Assembly (NCBI GenBank): GCA_964540855.1
Contig: CAZIOI010000001.1
Coordinates: 7,081-71,080 of the forward strand
Length of the DNA stretch: 64,000 nt
Direction: 5' to 3'
Source: an uncultured Candidatus Saccharibacteria bacterium
GTDB taxonomy: Bacteria; Patescibacteriota; UBA1384; DTJR01
Shown here piece by piece: positions 47,462 through 57,961 of this stretch. The position numbers were made by a program, and so were the translations under genes. The notes under the pieces are model-generated. The model was not told the DNA's origin. It worked only from the letters and a program-made list of their open reading frames with translations, and searched no databases. Every line of letters starts with the position of its first letter. The stretch's first letter is position 1.

Positions 47462-50433
47462 TCAAAGCATTTATTACTGTAATTATAGTTATAATTGTGG
47501 CATTGGCCGCGCCGAACTTTTTTGGCAAAGACGACAAAATAAATGAGAGTGTATTCCACAAAGAAGATATGCATCTTTCAATTGCATACAGCAGAGCATC
47601 TGCGTACCAATATGGCGACACAACAAATGTAACAAAAGTGTTGGCAAAGCAGTCCGGTAAAAATGGGGAATGGGTCTTTACGATATACAAAATAGCTCTA
47701 TCGTTTGTAAATATTATTGTGGTTTGTTTTTTAATATTTGTCGCTCTTGCCAATATCCTACAGTATGACATTAAAAATTATGCGATAAAGGCTGTCTTGC
47801 CAAAGCTCGTAGGATCAGTCATAGCAGCCAATTTGTCAATGACTATTTTTGTCTTTGCGTCAAAGATCATCGACTCTATGATGGGAATATCAATTTTTAA
47901 ACCGCTCGGGTGGGATTGGTTTTCTTTTATTATTGGGGGGCACGGTTGGCAAATTGGCACAGCCGGAACAATAGGGGTACTCATTGGTCTTTTAGCAAAA
48001 ATTTTTTTGGGTGTCTTCGGGTGGGTTAGCGTGGTCATAGTAGTTATAGGCTTGCTAGCGGCGCTTCTTCTGGCACTATTTGTGTCATTGATCCTTGCGT
48101 TCAGACCGTACGTCGTTCTACTGTGCGTCGCAGTTGCCCCAATCGCGATTGTTTGCTACGCGCTCCCGCAAACCTCAAAAGTATTCAGTAGATGGGCCAG
48201 GGTCGCTGTTGTATGGCTTACCCTGCCAATCCTGGCTAATTTCATCCTACGAGTCGTCATGTTAATCCCCTCTGGAACAAAAATGACTTTGACTTTGGGG
48301 GAATTTGGTCCTGTCAGCGGTATCGTAGGCTTTTTAGTTCCGACAATAGTTAGAGGCGCAGCTCTCCTATTTGTCGCCAGGCTCCCATTTAAGCTTGGGG
48401 ATGATGTGAGCGGATTAATTTCCACATATGGTCGCAAACTCGGGCGTGGCGCCATGGTCGCCAGCGGCCAACTCGCTTATTGGTCTGATCGAAAACAAAA
48501 ACAGAAAGAAGTCGAGGCCGATAATAGAAGCAGGGGGAACACACGCAAAGCATATGAAAGCGGAAGTATTGGTGAAATAGCAAATTTTTATATGGAAAGA
48601 GAAAAGGAAAAAAGAGCAGAAGCATTGAAAAAGCAGGCTGATGGTAAAACTCTAACCAGAGATGAATATGCATATACCATGCTAACTGATCCGGATATCC
48701 GAGCAAGCGCAGAACAAAAAGCGCGAAGCGGTTTGGCAGCTCAAGTCCAATATACGAATCCTAGCGATTACAATGACGCGCTAGTAGAAATGCAAAGCGA
48801 GCAAACCGCACTTCAAAACAAGATTGCAACAAACAAAGCGTTGAATGAAAGAGAGAAAATATTGAGAAAACAAGGCTTCCACACTTTGTCATTAGGCGAC
48901 CTTGAGAAGAAGGCAAAGGAAGAAGTCGCACAACGAAACCGAGAAACAATTTCCGATGAAATTAGCAGAAGAGATGTGGCTGCACAAAAGGAAACCGGAA
49001 CACACAGGGCTTTGGAATATGTCAAAAAAAGCAATTTGTATGGTGTTATGAGCACAATCAAAGAAAACCTTGACTATGACGAAGCAGAGCGCGGTAAAAC
49101 ATTTGCAAAATATTCGTGGTTTGCTGAACAAACCAGAGGTCGATATGCACAAGGAAAATATATGTCGGCTGTTGTCAAGGAAGATCTCGCTGATCTTGGA
49201 ACATCGGAAGAAATGGCGGAATATTTGAAGCCGGCTTTCCAGGCTTTCTACGAGAATGTAGCCAGCGCGATGGGGCAGACAACCGTCACTGATGCTGTAA
49301 AGCTGGAAGCTAACGCTATGTTAAGAAGATACAGGACCCAAGTTAAGGGGCTTAAAGATTATATGCAACACCCATATTTTGATAATATAAAACCCAATAC
49401 AGCGGCAAACATTGTTCAGGGCGATTATGCCCTCAATCAACAATTGGCCAGAGAAGCGCGCGGACGTAACCGACCCGGTCAAGATAGAATTATCGAGGAA
49501 CGCAAACGTGAAATATTTGGCTCCGGCTCGCCAACTACACCGGAGCAAAAACGTATCACCGCGCTGGAACAGCAAAACCAGAGGAGAAGCTTGCTGTTAT
49601 TACAACAGATAGCGAGGCAAACTACCGGTGTCACGCAGAAACAAGCATTTGCCAGGGCAATTGAGTTAGCAGACGAGATGGGCCATGGTCTGGGCGTCGA
49701 TAGTATTGAAGATCTGCCTAGAAGTCACTCCGAATTAAAGGATGTTTCTCACGAGAATATCTATATGACAAAAGTTGCCCTCGCCGCAAGATCAGAAGAA
49801 GGAAGGCGCGTTGCTGCACTTACAGAGAGAATCAGCGGCCAGGAAGATGTCGATGCAATCATGCAATCGCATTATGTTCTGGGTCAAGCCGCAACTAATC
49901 CAAGCAGCGTTTCGCCGGAACTAATCTCTAGAGCAAAAACTGTTATTGGTCAAAAAATGAACATTAACCCCTCTTTGGTTGATGTGGCCAACAGCAATAC
50001 ACTTCTAAAAGCAGCCGAAGCCGCGACCGTTTCTGACCTAGCGGGTCAAAGAACAAAGATTACTGACCCAATAGAGGTTCAATACAGGATTGGCACGCAG
50101 GTCATGAGAGATCGTGCCGTCACCGATACAGAGGCTATTTTACAAGACATCAGGACACAAATCGCAAGTGGCATACAGTCAACGGACATTGATCTTGGAT
50201 CTATTGACACACAGGTTCGCGCCCTCACAGATCCTCACTTGCAACTAGAATTCGGATCGGCATGGACCGGTCAAACAGTAGCTCTAAAAGAACAGGTTAT
50301 TGCCGAGACCTCCAAGCAGTTGCAACAAGCTGTAGCATCCGCTGACTCTGCCCTAGTCGCAGAAGCTGAGTCGCAAGTTCCGATAATGATCTCAGAAACA
50401 TTTAAAAAAATAGCTTCCCAACCAAGGAGTTAG
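47440..50433 (+). CDS. Large VirB6/TrbL-like membrane protein with long charged helical C-tail
   Basis: ANILQYDIKNYAIKAVLP and RP....AP.....LPQT....RW motifs shared with 51790 protein. Confidence 0.65.
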   Translation: MQFTRQIVKAFITVIIVIIVALAAPNFFGKDDKINESVFHKEDMHLSIAYSRASAYQYGDTTNVTKVLAKQSGKNGEWVFTIYKIALSFVNIIVVCFLIFVALANILQYDIKNYAIKAVLPKLVGSVIAANLSMTIFVFASKIIDSMMGISIFKPLGWDWFSFIIGGHGWQIGTAGTIGVLIGLLAKIFLGVFGWVSVVIVVIGLLAALLLALFVSLILAFRPYVVLLCVAVAPIAIVCYALPQTSKVFSRWARVAVVWLTLPILANFILRVVMLIPSGTKMTLTLGEFGPVSGIVGFLVPTIVRGAALLFVARLPFKLGDDVSGLISTYGRKLGRGAMVASGQLAYWSDRKQKQKEVEADNRSRGNTRKAYESGSIGEIANFYMEREKEKRAEALKKQADGKTLTRDEYAYTMLTDPDIRASAEQKARSGLAAQVQYTNPSDYNDALVEMQSEQTALQNKIATNKALNEREKILRKQGFHTLSLGDLEKKAKEEVAQRNRETISDEISRRDVAAQKETGTHRALEYVKKSNLYGVMSTIKENLDYDEAERGKTFAKYSWFAEQTRGRYAQGKYMSAVVKEDLADLGTSEEMAEYLKPAFQAFYENVASAMGQTTVTDAVKLEANAMLRRYRTQVKGLKDYMQHPYFDNIKPNTAANIVQGDYALNQQLAREARGRNRPGQDRIIEERKREIFGSGSPTTPEQKRITALEQQNQRRSLLLLQQIARQTTGVTQKQAFARAIELADEMGHGLGVDSIEDLPRSHSELKDVSHENIYMTKVALAARSEEGRRVAALTERISGQEDVDAIMQSHYVLGQAATNPSSVSPELISRAKTVIGQKMNINPSLVDVANSNTLLKAAEAATVSDLAGQRTKITDPIEVQYRIGTQVMRDRAVTDTEAILQDIRTQIASGIQSTDIDLGSIDTQVRALTDPHLQLEFGSAWTGQTVALKEQVIAETSKQLQQAVASADSALVAEAESQVPIMISETFKKIASQPRS

Positions 50434-50434
50434 T

Positions 50435-51793
50435 TTGGAAACAGAAGAGCAAACAACAGACTCCACAGAACAACAGCCGGAAGCAGATTACGGAGTCGGT
50501 CGAAGTGTCGCCGACAGAGTCAGCGAATCAAATGATACTTTTCGTGCCGCCGACAAATTATCCGGTGGTCGTATTGGCAGCGCTACTAAAAAAGCTGGAG
50601 AGGCTTTTGACAAGACAGGATTGGGACAAGGTATTAACAAAGCCCGTCAAGCCGCCAGCAGTGCCAAGAGTGCCGCAACCAAGCAAGTTACCGAGGCAGG
50701 CAAAAAAGTCGCCGGCAAAGCAGTACAAAAAGGCGCCGAGCTTGCTGCCAAAGCAGGAATTTCTGCTGCTACCGGCGCCGCAACAGCTGGCGTCTCCACT
50801 GCTGTTCAGGCAGGATTGGAAGGCATTCAGAAAGCCGCTCAAATAAGCGACAAAATTAGAAAAGCTGTTAAAAGCGCTACCGGCGGACTCATCGATCCGG
50901 ACATTTTTGGTGATCTAAAAGACAAATTAAAGGAGTATTGGAAACAAAATAAATGGAGAATTATCGGCGGCTCGTGTCTTGTTTTCGCTCTTTTGGCGAT
51001 CGCTCCATTTATTATCATGATCGTGATGATTTCAAAATTCTTGTTTTCCGACAATACGGAGCCGACTAATAAGGCGATAATAAACAGCATCAGCTCCCTC
51101 TCATCATCACAAAGGCTATTTTTCACAGGTTCCGGTGATCTGGACGCTATAAAAAACGGCGAGATATCCCAAAACTCGCTCAAGATGATCAATTATTTAG
51201 CCAAAAAACATCAGAGGATAGAGATCAATTACTCGCCCAAGACCGACGAGACATCGACCGGCGCCAACGAACCTTATGAGTTTGATATTGTTTCGGTCGA
51301 TGAGATTCGCTGCAGCGTAAACGGACAAAAAGTCGGATCCGTGCCGATTTATCTTAACTCCAATTACGATTTCGTCTCAGCCGCCAAAAACATCCCCTCA
51401 AACGCCATCTGCGCCAGCGGCTATTACCCGAACATCGAAGCGCAAATAAAATCGGCTTATTTCGACCAGTTTTCGCCGGGCGAATTTCTCGCCGGCGAGA
51501 TCGCAACTCGCGGCAAAATGGTCGCGCAAGAAAAGCTGGCGGAGATCACAGAGGATATATTTAAAGCAAATTCAAACCTTAAAATCAATAGCAGTTCTGA
51601 TGATAGCGTTTTGCCGGCAGCTATCACCATAGACGATAAATACGCTACAATAAATCAGAAGGACAATTCGGCCGGCGTTTTGGTGGTGATGAAAGATAAA
51701 ATTGCGCACTACTATCCAACCGCCGATTCATCAAGCACGGGTGTTCTTAAGTCGACCGGACAAAAATATGGAATACATATAAGTTTCTTATGA
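50435..51793 (+). CDS. Hypothetical membrane protein, A/G/K-rich N-terminus, central TM
   Basis: TTG start after AAGGAG; translationally coupled with neighbours. Confidence 0.75.
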   Translation: METEEQTTDSTEQQPEADYGVGRSVADRVSESNDTFRAADKLSGGRIGSATKKAGEAFDKTGLGQGINKARQAASSAKSAATKQVTEAGKKVAGKAVQKGAELAAKAGISAATGAATAGVSTAVQAGLEGIQKAAQISDKIRKAVKSATGGLIDPDIFGDLKDKLKEYWKQNKWRIIGGSCLVFALLAIAPFIIMIVMISKFLFSDNTEPTNKAIINSISSLSSSQRLFFTGSGDLDAIKNGEISQNSLKMINYLAKKHQRIEINYSPKTDETSTGANEPYEFDIVSVDEIRCSVNGQKVGSVPIYLNSNYDFVSAAKNIPSNAICASGYYPNIEAQIKSAYFDQFSPGEFLAGEIATRGKMVAQEKLAEITEDIFKANSNLKINSSSDDSVLPAAITIDDKYATINQKDNSAGVLVVMKDKIAHYYPTADSSSTGVLKSTGQKYGIHISFL

Positions 51794-54639
51794 TCAGATT
51801 GATCAAATTTACAGTTATAGTTACGGCAGCTATCGGACTGCTTGTTTTGCCTGCGACAGCCAAGGCAATTCCTTCCGATATAAATTACAAATGGGATAGC
51901 AATGAGTCTCCATTGACCGATGGAGTGAGTGGCACGACCACCAGTGAACAGATATGCCAAGATTTGTTCGCCGCGGATAGCACAAATATTTTTAAAGAAG
52001 TGGTTTGCTCTTTTACTCGACTTGCCGCTTTGTCAATTGCCGACCTCGCCACAGACATTACCTGCTCAATCCAGCAGGTAGGTAACGGCACAAATTATAA
52101 AAGCACTACTTTCTCAAGTAGCTCGGGCAAATGTGAGGAGTCGCCAACAAACCCCTTGGGCGATAAATCCCAAAAAACCGGTTTCTACAGCGACGAACTT
52201 GCGAATTCGACAAGCGCCCTGACTGACTCCCTTTCACCGAGTCAGTCAGCTACTCCATCAGCGGCTTACAAAGGCTTCACAATCGCCAGAAATATTATGG
52301 GGCTTATGGCCGTAGTAGCACTATTTGTCTTTGCCTTTGCTAATATTTTGCACATCGAAGTTAATACATATGCGATCAAAAAGGCTCTCCCATCAATCAT
52401 TATCGCCATTATCGGCGGTGCGCTTTCGATTTATATTGTGTTTTTGCTGTCCAGATTTGTCGATTTCACGTACAGGCTCAATATCTTTTCGCCTTATCAG
52501 GCCTACCATCCAATGCAAAATATCTTCGGCGGATATTTTAATCTCGGGTCGGTTGACCAACTCAAAGATGATAGTGTCAAACTGGTATTCGATGTGGGAT
52601 CAAGCCTGATCGGCGCAAGCGGCGTCAGTTTTTTTGCCGGCGTCTTGGGTTCAATTATGCTGGTTATCCCCGCTCTAGCGACATTTGCCTTCGAATACGT
52701 TCTTTCGCTCAGAGCCTTCGCCGTTCAGATTTTGACAATAATAGCTCCGATCGCCTTCGCTTGCTTGATTTTGCCTCAAACACAAGCGTTTTTCAGAAAA
52801 TGGTGGTCATATTTGTTGATTGCAATCTTTTTTGCACCACTGGCGAACTTTGTATTTTTTATTTTAAACCTTTTTGGATCTTCTTCGAGCGATGTAACAT
52901 CTCTGATGGCACTCTGGTTTTTAAAAACCGTTGCTATTATCTTTTTGATCCGCTTCCCCTTCACGGTCGAAGCAGACACGAAAAAAATTCTTGCAGCCGT
53001 TTCGAAAACAAGCTTTGGCGCGGCGCTTGGACTTAACAGGATTGGCGGCACCGATGTGAAACCACAGAACAAAGAGCAACAGGTTAAATTTGCCAGTATC
53101 GACAAGATAAAAGATATTTCAAAAAATAATCCAAGGGTACTCGCCCCCGCCATAAGGACAAATCAAGCCGGTCAGCTAAGATCGGCCGCGATCGGCAAGC
53201 AAGGCAGACAAGCGATCGCGCCCGCCGGACTGAATAGCTCCATCGAAAAGGCCGTCTCGCAAGCTGCTCAAGACAATGCAAGCCGTTCCGATAATCTGCT
53301 GGTCAAATCTTCGGCAAGTATTGCCAACAGAGCATTCAGAGCCGTTGTGGATCAATCCGATCTTAAACTATGGCGAGATACGAGGCTCATAGAACAGCTC
53401 AAAAATCATAACGGGCAAGTCTTGGACGAACAGGGTGCTGCTATGCGCGCCGATTCGGCGCGCAAGTTGATGAGATTATCGCAGGTCGTGGAAAACGACA
53501 AAATCGCTAACCCCGAGGCGCTAAAAGTGTTGGCGACAAAGGGTGTTCTCGATAATATCCCTATGTCGATAATAAAAAAAGCGATCGATGACGGAATTCT
53601 GCAAAAAAGCGATCTTGCGACAACCTTTGGAGACAACACTAGCAAGGTTATAGAATATATCGATAGCAGCAAACAAACCAGGCAGGGCTTTCTAACCGAT
53701 ACCCAAGCAAAAACATTGATGACTCGAGACCAGAGTGATTACGCAACCGGCTTCAGGGATTTAACTAAGCTTTTCACTGACACGATCAAAGACCCTTCAA
53801 TCTTTCCTCCCCCACCTCCGCCAGTTATAAAAAACATCATTTCACAGATGAGATCGACCGACTCTGATATTTTTGAAAAAAACGGGATGTATTACCTCAA
53901 CCGTCTTGCCCAAATTCAAAAAGCTTCGACAAAAGATATTAGCTCCACCCTTACAAAAACCGGCGTCCAGAATCAGACCGCTTTGGCAATCGCCAAGAAC
54001 CCACGAATCGACTTTTCTGATGCCAAAAAATACACCGACAAGGGTAAGCTAGACTCAAACAGCCTTTCGTTACTCAGAGAAGGATTTTTAAATAGAGACT
54101 TATCCGATAATCTCATCGGCAGTATATCCGCCCTGATGAAAGAGCAAAAAACACTGATTGGCAAAGGGATAACTCAAAAAATTTCCGAGAGCATAAGCAA
54201 AAATCCCGATGGACTTAAACTGTCGGATATCGGCGAAAATATGCGAAAAGTCATTCAGGGGCTACAAAAACCGGCAACGCCGCAGGATATTCAGAAGCTT
54301 GCGGGAGAAGTCGATAAATTTTATCCCGGTGCCGCCCTTAAATCCAGTCTGACCTTAAGCCATGATGACATCCAAGACACATCCAAAAAAGCCGCTGGCA
54401 TATTGGAAACTGTCGAAACTCTAATCCGCTCGGGTATGGATGAAAAATCAATCAACAAAAATCCACAGAAAGCTGTAAATGAAATAGAAAAATCCGTGGC
54501 ACAGGAGATCGAACAAGCGGCTTCCGGCCAAATCGCCAAAGACAGTGAATTTGATACAAAATTATCTAACATATCCAAAAACACGCCGTCTAATACCGGC
54601 TCAAGCATTGCAGACGCTATAACCGCCGGAGCCAAATAA
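51790..54639 (+). CDS. Large VirB6/TrbL-like membrane protein with N-terminal 4-Cys domain and long C-tail
   Basis: Signal peptide, C-x16-C-x18-C-x22-C, ANILHIEVNTYAIKKALP, LPQT....KWW, poly-Pro. Confidence 0.65.
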   Translation: MIRLIKFTVIVTAAIGLLVLPATAKAIPSDINYKWDSNESPLTDGVSGTTTSEQICQDLFAADSTNIFKEVVCSFTRLAALSIADLATDITCSIQQVGNGTNYKSTTFSSSSGKCEESPTNPLGDKSQKTGFYSDELANSTSALTDSLSPSQSATPSAAYKGFTIARNIMGLMAVVALFVFAFANILHIEVNTYAIKKALPSIIIAIIGGALSIYIVFLLSRFVDFTYRLNIFSPYQAYHPMQNIFGGYFNLGSVDQLKDDSVKLVFDVGSSLIGASGVSFFAGVLGSIMLVIPALATFAFEYVLSLRAFAVQILTIIAPIAFACLILPQTQAFFRKWWSYLLIAIFFAPLANFVFFILNLFGSSSSDVTSLMALWFLKTVAIIFLIRFPFTVEADTKKILAAVSKTSFGAALGLNRIGGTDVKPQNKEQQVKFASIDKIKDISKNNPRVLAPAIRTNQAGQLRSAAIGKQGRQAIAPAGLNSSIEKAVSQAAQDNASRSDNLLVKSSASIANRAFRAVVDQSDLKLWRDTRLIEQLKNHNGQVLDEQGAAMRADSARKLMRLSQVVENDKIANPEALKVLATKGVLDNIPMSIIKKAIDDGILQKSDLATTFGDNTSKVIEYIDSSKQTRQGFLTDTQAKTLMTRDQSDYATGFRDLTKLFTDTIKDPSIFPPPPPPVIKNIISQMRSTDSDIFEKNGMYYLNRLAQIQKASTKDISSTLTKTGVQNQTALAIAKNPRIDFSDAKKYTDKGKLDSNSLSLLREGFLNRDLSDNLIGSISALMKEQKTLIGKGITQKISESISKNPDGLKLSDIGENMRKVIQGLQKPATPQDIQKLAGEVDKFYPGAALKSSLTLSHDDIQDTSKKAAGILETVETLIRSGMDEKSINKNPQKAVNEIEKSVAQEIEQAASGQIAKDSEFDTKLSNISKNTPSNTGSSIADAITAGAK

Positions 54640-54640
54640 T

Positions 54641-56098
54641 ATGACAGAACAAGAACAATCAGGACAAACTCCGCCGCCGGAACAAGAAAATCCTCCCGAG
54701 GCAACGCCTACGGTTGAGCCCGAAGAAGCTGAGAACCTGACGCAAGAAAACCAAGAAGGGCTGGGTGATCAAAACGAAAGCGAGGTAACGCTAGCGCTTC
54801 GCGAAGCGTTTTTATCCAAAGCGGAACAAGATACCGATATGGAGGGGCTTGCTGGTGCAATGGATTCCTTTATCGACAAAGGTGGTTTCTCTCCAGGTGA
54901 GCTGGACTCTCTGGTGCGAGATGTCTTGGAAGAAAAATCTGCAGTCCTAGGCATAGACAAAGCGCAAGCTGAAACTCTGGCAGGGGAAATTATCTCGATT
55001 GAAGAAGCACTCATTACTCCCTTAAAATCCGAGTTGCCTGACACAAAAGCAATTTCATCTGTCAGAGAATCTTTGTATCAATTAGCATTAAAAAATATAA
55101 TCTCCGGAGAAAAAGTCTGTAGCTTGGTTACATCGATAAAGTTTAGAGAGAATCCGGGGGAAGAAGTTGGTGAACATGCCCAAGCGCTCCACGGTATGTC
55201 GTGCGTATATTTGGTCAATGGTAATTCGCGAGAAATCTATATCTACGGTCCATTTATAAAAGAGAGTAAAACCGCCCAGAGAACCATCATTAGCCACGAA
55301 ATCGGTCACCTTTTGGCGGAATCGACGAATCTTTTTGATTTTGAGCAATATGCAAAGTTTAAGGAATTTGCTCAAAATCCGACTGATGAAAATATTGCTC
55401 TTATGCAAGCGGAAAATCCGCAATTTGCGTATCTTCTACAGGTCATCAAAGAACCAACCGCTCATCTGCCGATGTGGAACCAATATATTAGGGGAAGACT
55501 CAAAAAACTCGAGACTATTTCGCAGCCCGATCAGTTGGCAAAAGAAAGAGTTGCTGTTGCAAAGGAGCTGGTCGCCGAGATGATCGGATCATACCTCTGC
55601 GCCGGTGAAAGCAACGAGGCTTATTTTATAGATCAAATAAAATATTCAAAACCCGAGGATGTTATCGCTTACATTAAGGGTTTGTGCGGCTGTGATCAGG
55701 ATGATCAATTCGTAGCATTTTGCCGACAAAACGGCGTTGATCTTGCCGCCTTAAGAGACGGTAGTTCATCCGAAATCATCAGAAAGCTCTCAGAAATCCC
55801 GCAATTGCAGATAGTATTTAAGTCGAGCGCTTCTTGGCGCGAGATGCTTGCAAACAGTCTATCGGACAGAGGCACGAGACTGGAAACTAACGGAAAGACG
55901 GATGCTATTGGGGAAGATTATGATGATGACGGATTTATAGGAACAGATGGGGAAAGTCTGGCTCAATCCTATACTATGGCGCAGCGCGCCGGCGGCACTC
56001 AAGCCGGAGAAAAATCGGAAAACGCTTTTGAAAAAGTGTGGGATTTTCTGACAGGAAACGCCGCAAGAACACCCGGTGCGACTAAGAAGGCCGCCTAG
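54641..56098 (+). CDS. Hypothetical protein with HExxH zinc-metallopeptidase-like motif
   Basis: IISHEIGHLLAE and downstream KELVAE; acidic N-terminus; no signal peptide. Confidence 0.6.
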   Translation: MTEQEQSGQTPPPEQENPPEATPTVEPEEAENLTQENQEGLGDQNESEVTLALREAFLSKAEQDTDMEGLAGAMDSFIDKGGFSPGELDSLVRDVLEEKSAVLGIDKAQAETLAGEIISIEEALITPLKSELPDTKAISSVRESLYQLALKNIISGEKVCSLVTSIKFRENPGEEVGEHAQALHGMSCVYLVNGNSREIYIYGPFIKESKTAQRTIISHEIGHLLAESTNLFDFEQYAKFKEFAQNPTDENIALMQAENPQFAYLLQVIKEPTAHLPMWNQYIRGRLKKLETISQPDQLAKERVAVAKELVAEMIGSYLCAGESNEAYFIDQIKYSKPEDVIAYIKGLCGCDQDDQFVAFCRQNGVDLAALRDGSSSEIIRKLSEIPQLQIVFKSSASWREMLANSLSDRGTRLETNGKTDAIGEDYDDDGFIGTDGESLAQSYTMAQRAGGTQAGEKSENAFEKVWDFLTGNAARTPGATKKAA

Positions 56099-56107
56099 GA
56101 GATTTCC

Positions 56108-57331
56108 TTATTTAAGTCTGTTGATTACCTCTTCCAACCCCAATATCTGCGTACTTTCGTCGCCTCTTCGTTTGAGTTCGATTTTTCCGTCTGTTTTTTG
56201 TGAAATTACAGCCCTGTACGGGATTCCCATCAGATCGGCATCGGCGAACTTTTCGCCGGCCGAGACTTCTCTGTCGTCAAATAGTACATCAATCCCCTGA
56301 TCTTTGAGTTTTTTGTAAATTTCCTCGGCATCCTTTTCCTCCGCCCCAAGACCAATAAGATAAACGCTATAAGGAGAAACACTCTCGGGCCACGCAAGAC
56401 CCTTGTCGTCGTGTGAAACCTCAGCCACAGCGCCCATTAAGCGCTGAACACCGATTCCATAACAGCCCATGATCACACTTTGGCGCTTGTCTTTTTCGTC
56501 AACATACTCCAGCTCAAACGGCTTGGAAAATTTGGTCTTTAGCTTAAAAATATTGCCGACTTCGATCGCCTTTTTTAACTCATAATCTTTTGATTTACAC
56601 TTGGGGCATTCGTACTCGCCCTCAACGATTTCGCGATTGGCGCCCGTAAAGCACGATCGGCATACATAAATTTCATCCTCCCCCGCCTCGGTCTCGGTTT
56701 GAAATTCATGAGAATATTTTGCAAATGTTCCACCCGAGGCATAGACAAAATATGTTTTGTCTTTTATGCCAACGCGCTCAAATATTTTCCAGTACGCCTC
56801 GGTCGCCTTCTCATAATACTCGTCCAAATCCACTTCGTCCTTGTGAAACGAGTATAAGTCCTTCATCAAAAACTCTCTGGTTCGCAAAACACCCGATTTT
56901 GCCCTCAGCTCGTTTCTAAACTTGTTTTGAATTTGAAAAATAGAAAATGGCAGGTCGCGATATGATAGGGTGAATTTCTTAGCCAAAGGAGAGACAACCT
57001 CTTCATGCGAAGCGCCAAGTCCGTACTGCTTTTCGTCGGCGCCATCGAGCTTGAAAAGTACATCCAAATTCGTCCAGCGACCGGTAGCAACCCAATTTTC
57101 TTTGGGAATAAGAGCCGGCATTAAAATTTCTTGGCCTCCGATAACCTCCATCTCTTCGCGGATAATCTGAGAAATCTTGTTGACCACTTTTAAGCCCATC
57201 GGCAAGAGCGTATAAACTCCGGCCGCGAGCTTATCGACATAGCCGGCGCGCAACAAAAGCTGGCACGAAATCGAAGTTTCGTCCTTGGGGTAGTCGCGAG
57301 ATGTTTTTGTAAAAGATTTTGAAAGTCTCAT
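56108..57331 (-). CDS. proS: Proline-tRNA ligase (short, no editing domain)
   Basis: LLLRAGY, SYRDLP, KFRNELR..G.LR.REF.MKDLYSF, EVGNIFKL, MGCYGIG. Confidence 0.95.
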   Translation of the reverse strand: MRLSKSFTKTSRDYPKDETSISCQLLLRAGYVDKLAAGVYTLLPMGLKVVNKISQIIREEMEVIGGQEILMPALIPKENWVATGRWTNLDVLFKLDGADEKQYGLGASHEEVVSPLAKKFTLSYRDLPFSIFQIQNKFRNELRAKSGVLRTREFLMKDLYSFHKDEVDLDEYYEKATEAYWKIFERVGIKDKTYFVYASGGTFAKYSHEFQTETEAGEDEIYVCRSCFTGANREIVEGEYECPKCKSKDYELKKAIEVGNIFKLKTKFSKPFELEYVDEKDKRQSVIMGCYGIGVQRLMGAVAEVSHDDKGLAWPESVSPYSVYLIGLGAEEKDAEEIYKKLKDQGIDVLFDDREVSAGEKFADADLMGIPYRAVISQKTDGKIELKRRGDESTQILGLEEVINRLK

Positions 57332-57359
57332 CGATGCTTAGTTTACCAAATCAACAGGC

Positions 57360-57398
57360 AAAAAAAAGAGGGTCGATACGACATTACACGCTCGACCC
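57360..57398 (-). terminator. Intrinsic terminator ending cassette 3
   Basis: Minus strand GGGTCGA..TCGACCC followed by TC and a T8 run. Confidence 0.75.
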
Positions 57399-57426
57399 GT
57401 GAGCCCCCCTACTGCTTCGCGCGGGC

Positions 57427-57936
57427 CTAGCCCCGCGCCTCTTTCGCCAATCCGGCGATCTGAAGAGGATTGTCTATGCGTCGTTCGCCAGGCAACCGGC
57501 GTACAGCCACGTGAGTGGCGCGTGACCGGCTCGCCAGAAGGTCGATGACAACTTCCATGGCGGCGCCCGTGACACACAGACGCTCGTCAGTGTCAGCTAC
57601 CCAGCCTATGAGGCGCGGCCCCTCCAGCGGACACCCCCTTGGAATGTCCACCCTAACTTCAACCAACTCATATTCGGGCCACCCGACCTCCAGTCGCCTC
57701 AAGCCACTAGAATGAAGACACCAGTGACCGTCTCGCCGAACAAGTTCGGCGTGCACCTTGAGAACAGTTGGCAGCAGACCCGCCTGATCAGCGAGATTCT
57801 GGCGCGCACTATCACCTATATGCACGCGTGTGCCATTCTCTACCATCGTGGCGGCCTTAACTCCGCCGTGCCGACCAAGATGGACCTGAACCACGGCATT
57901 CATCTTGGCCGGAGCTTGCGCAGTGCTTGCAGACAC
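57427..57936 (-). CDS. GC-rich ORFan (169 aa), cassette 3
   Basis: GTG 57936 after GGGAGG; own promoter and terminator. Confidence 0.6.
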   Translation of the reverse strand: MSASTAQAPAKMNAVVQVHLGRHGGVKAATMVENGTRVHIGDSARQNLADQAGLLPTVLKVHAELVRRDGHWCLHSSGLRRLEVGWPEYELVEVRVDIPRGCPLEGPRLIGWVADTDERLCVTGAAMEVVIDLLASRSRATHVAVRRLPGERRIDNPLQIAGLAKEARG

Positions 57937-57961
57937 AAAACCGCCTCCCAATGGATACAAC

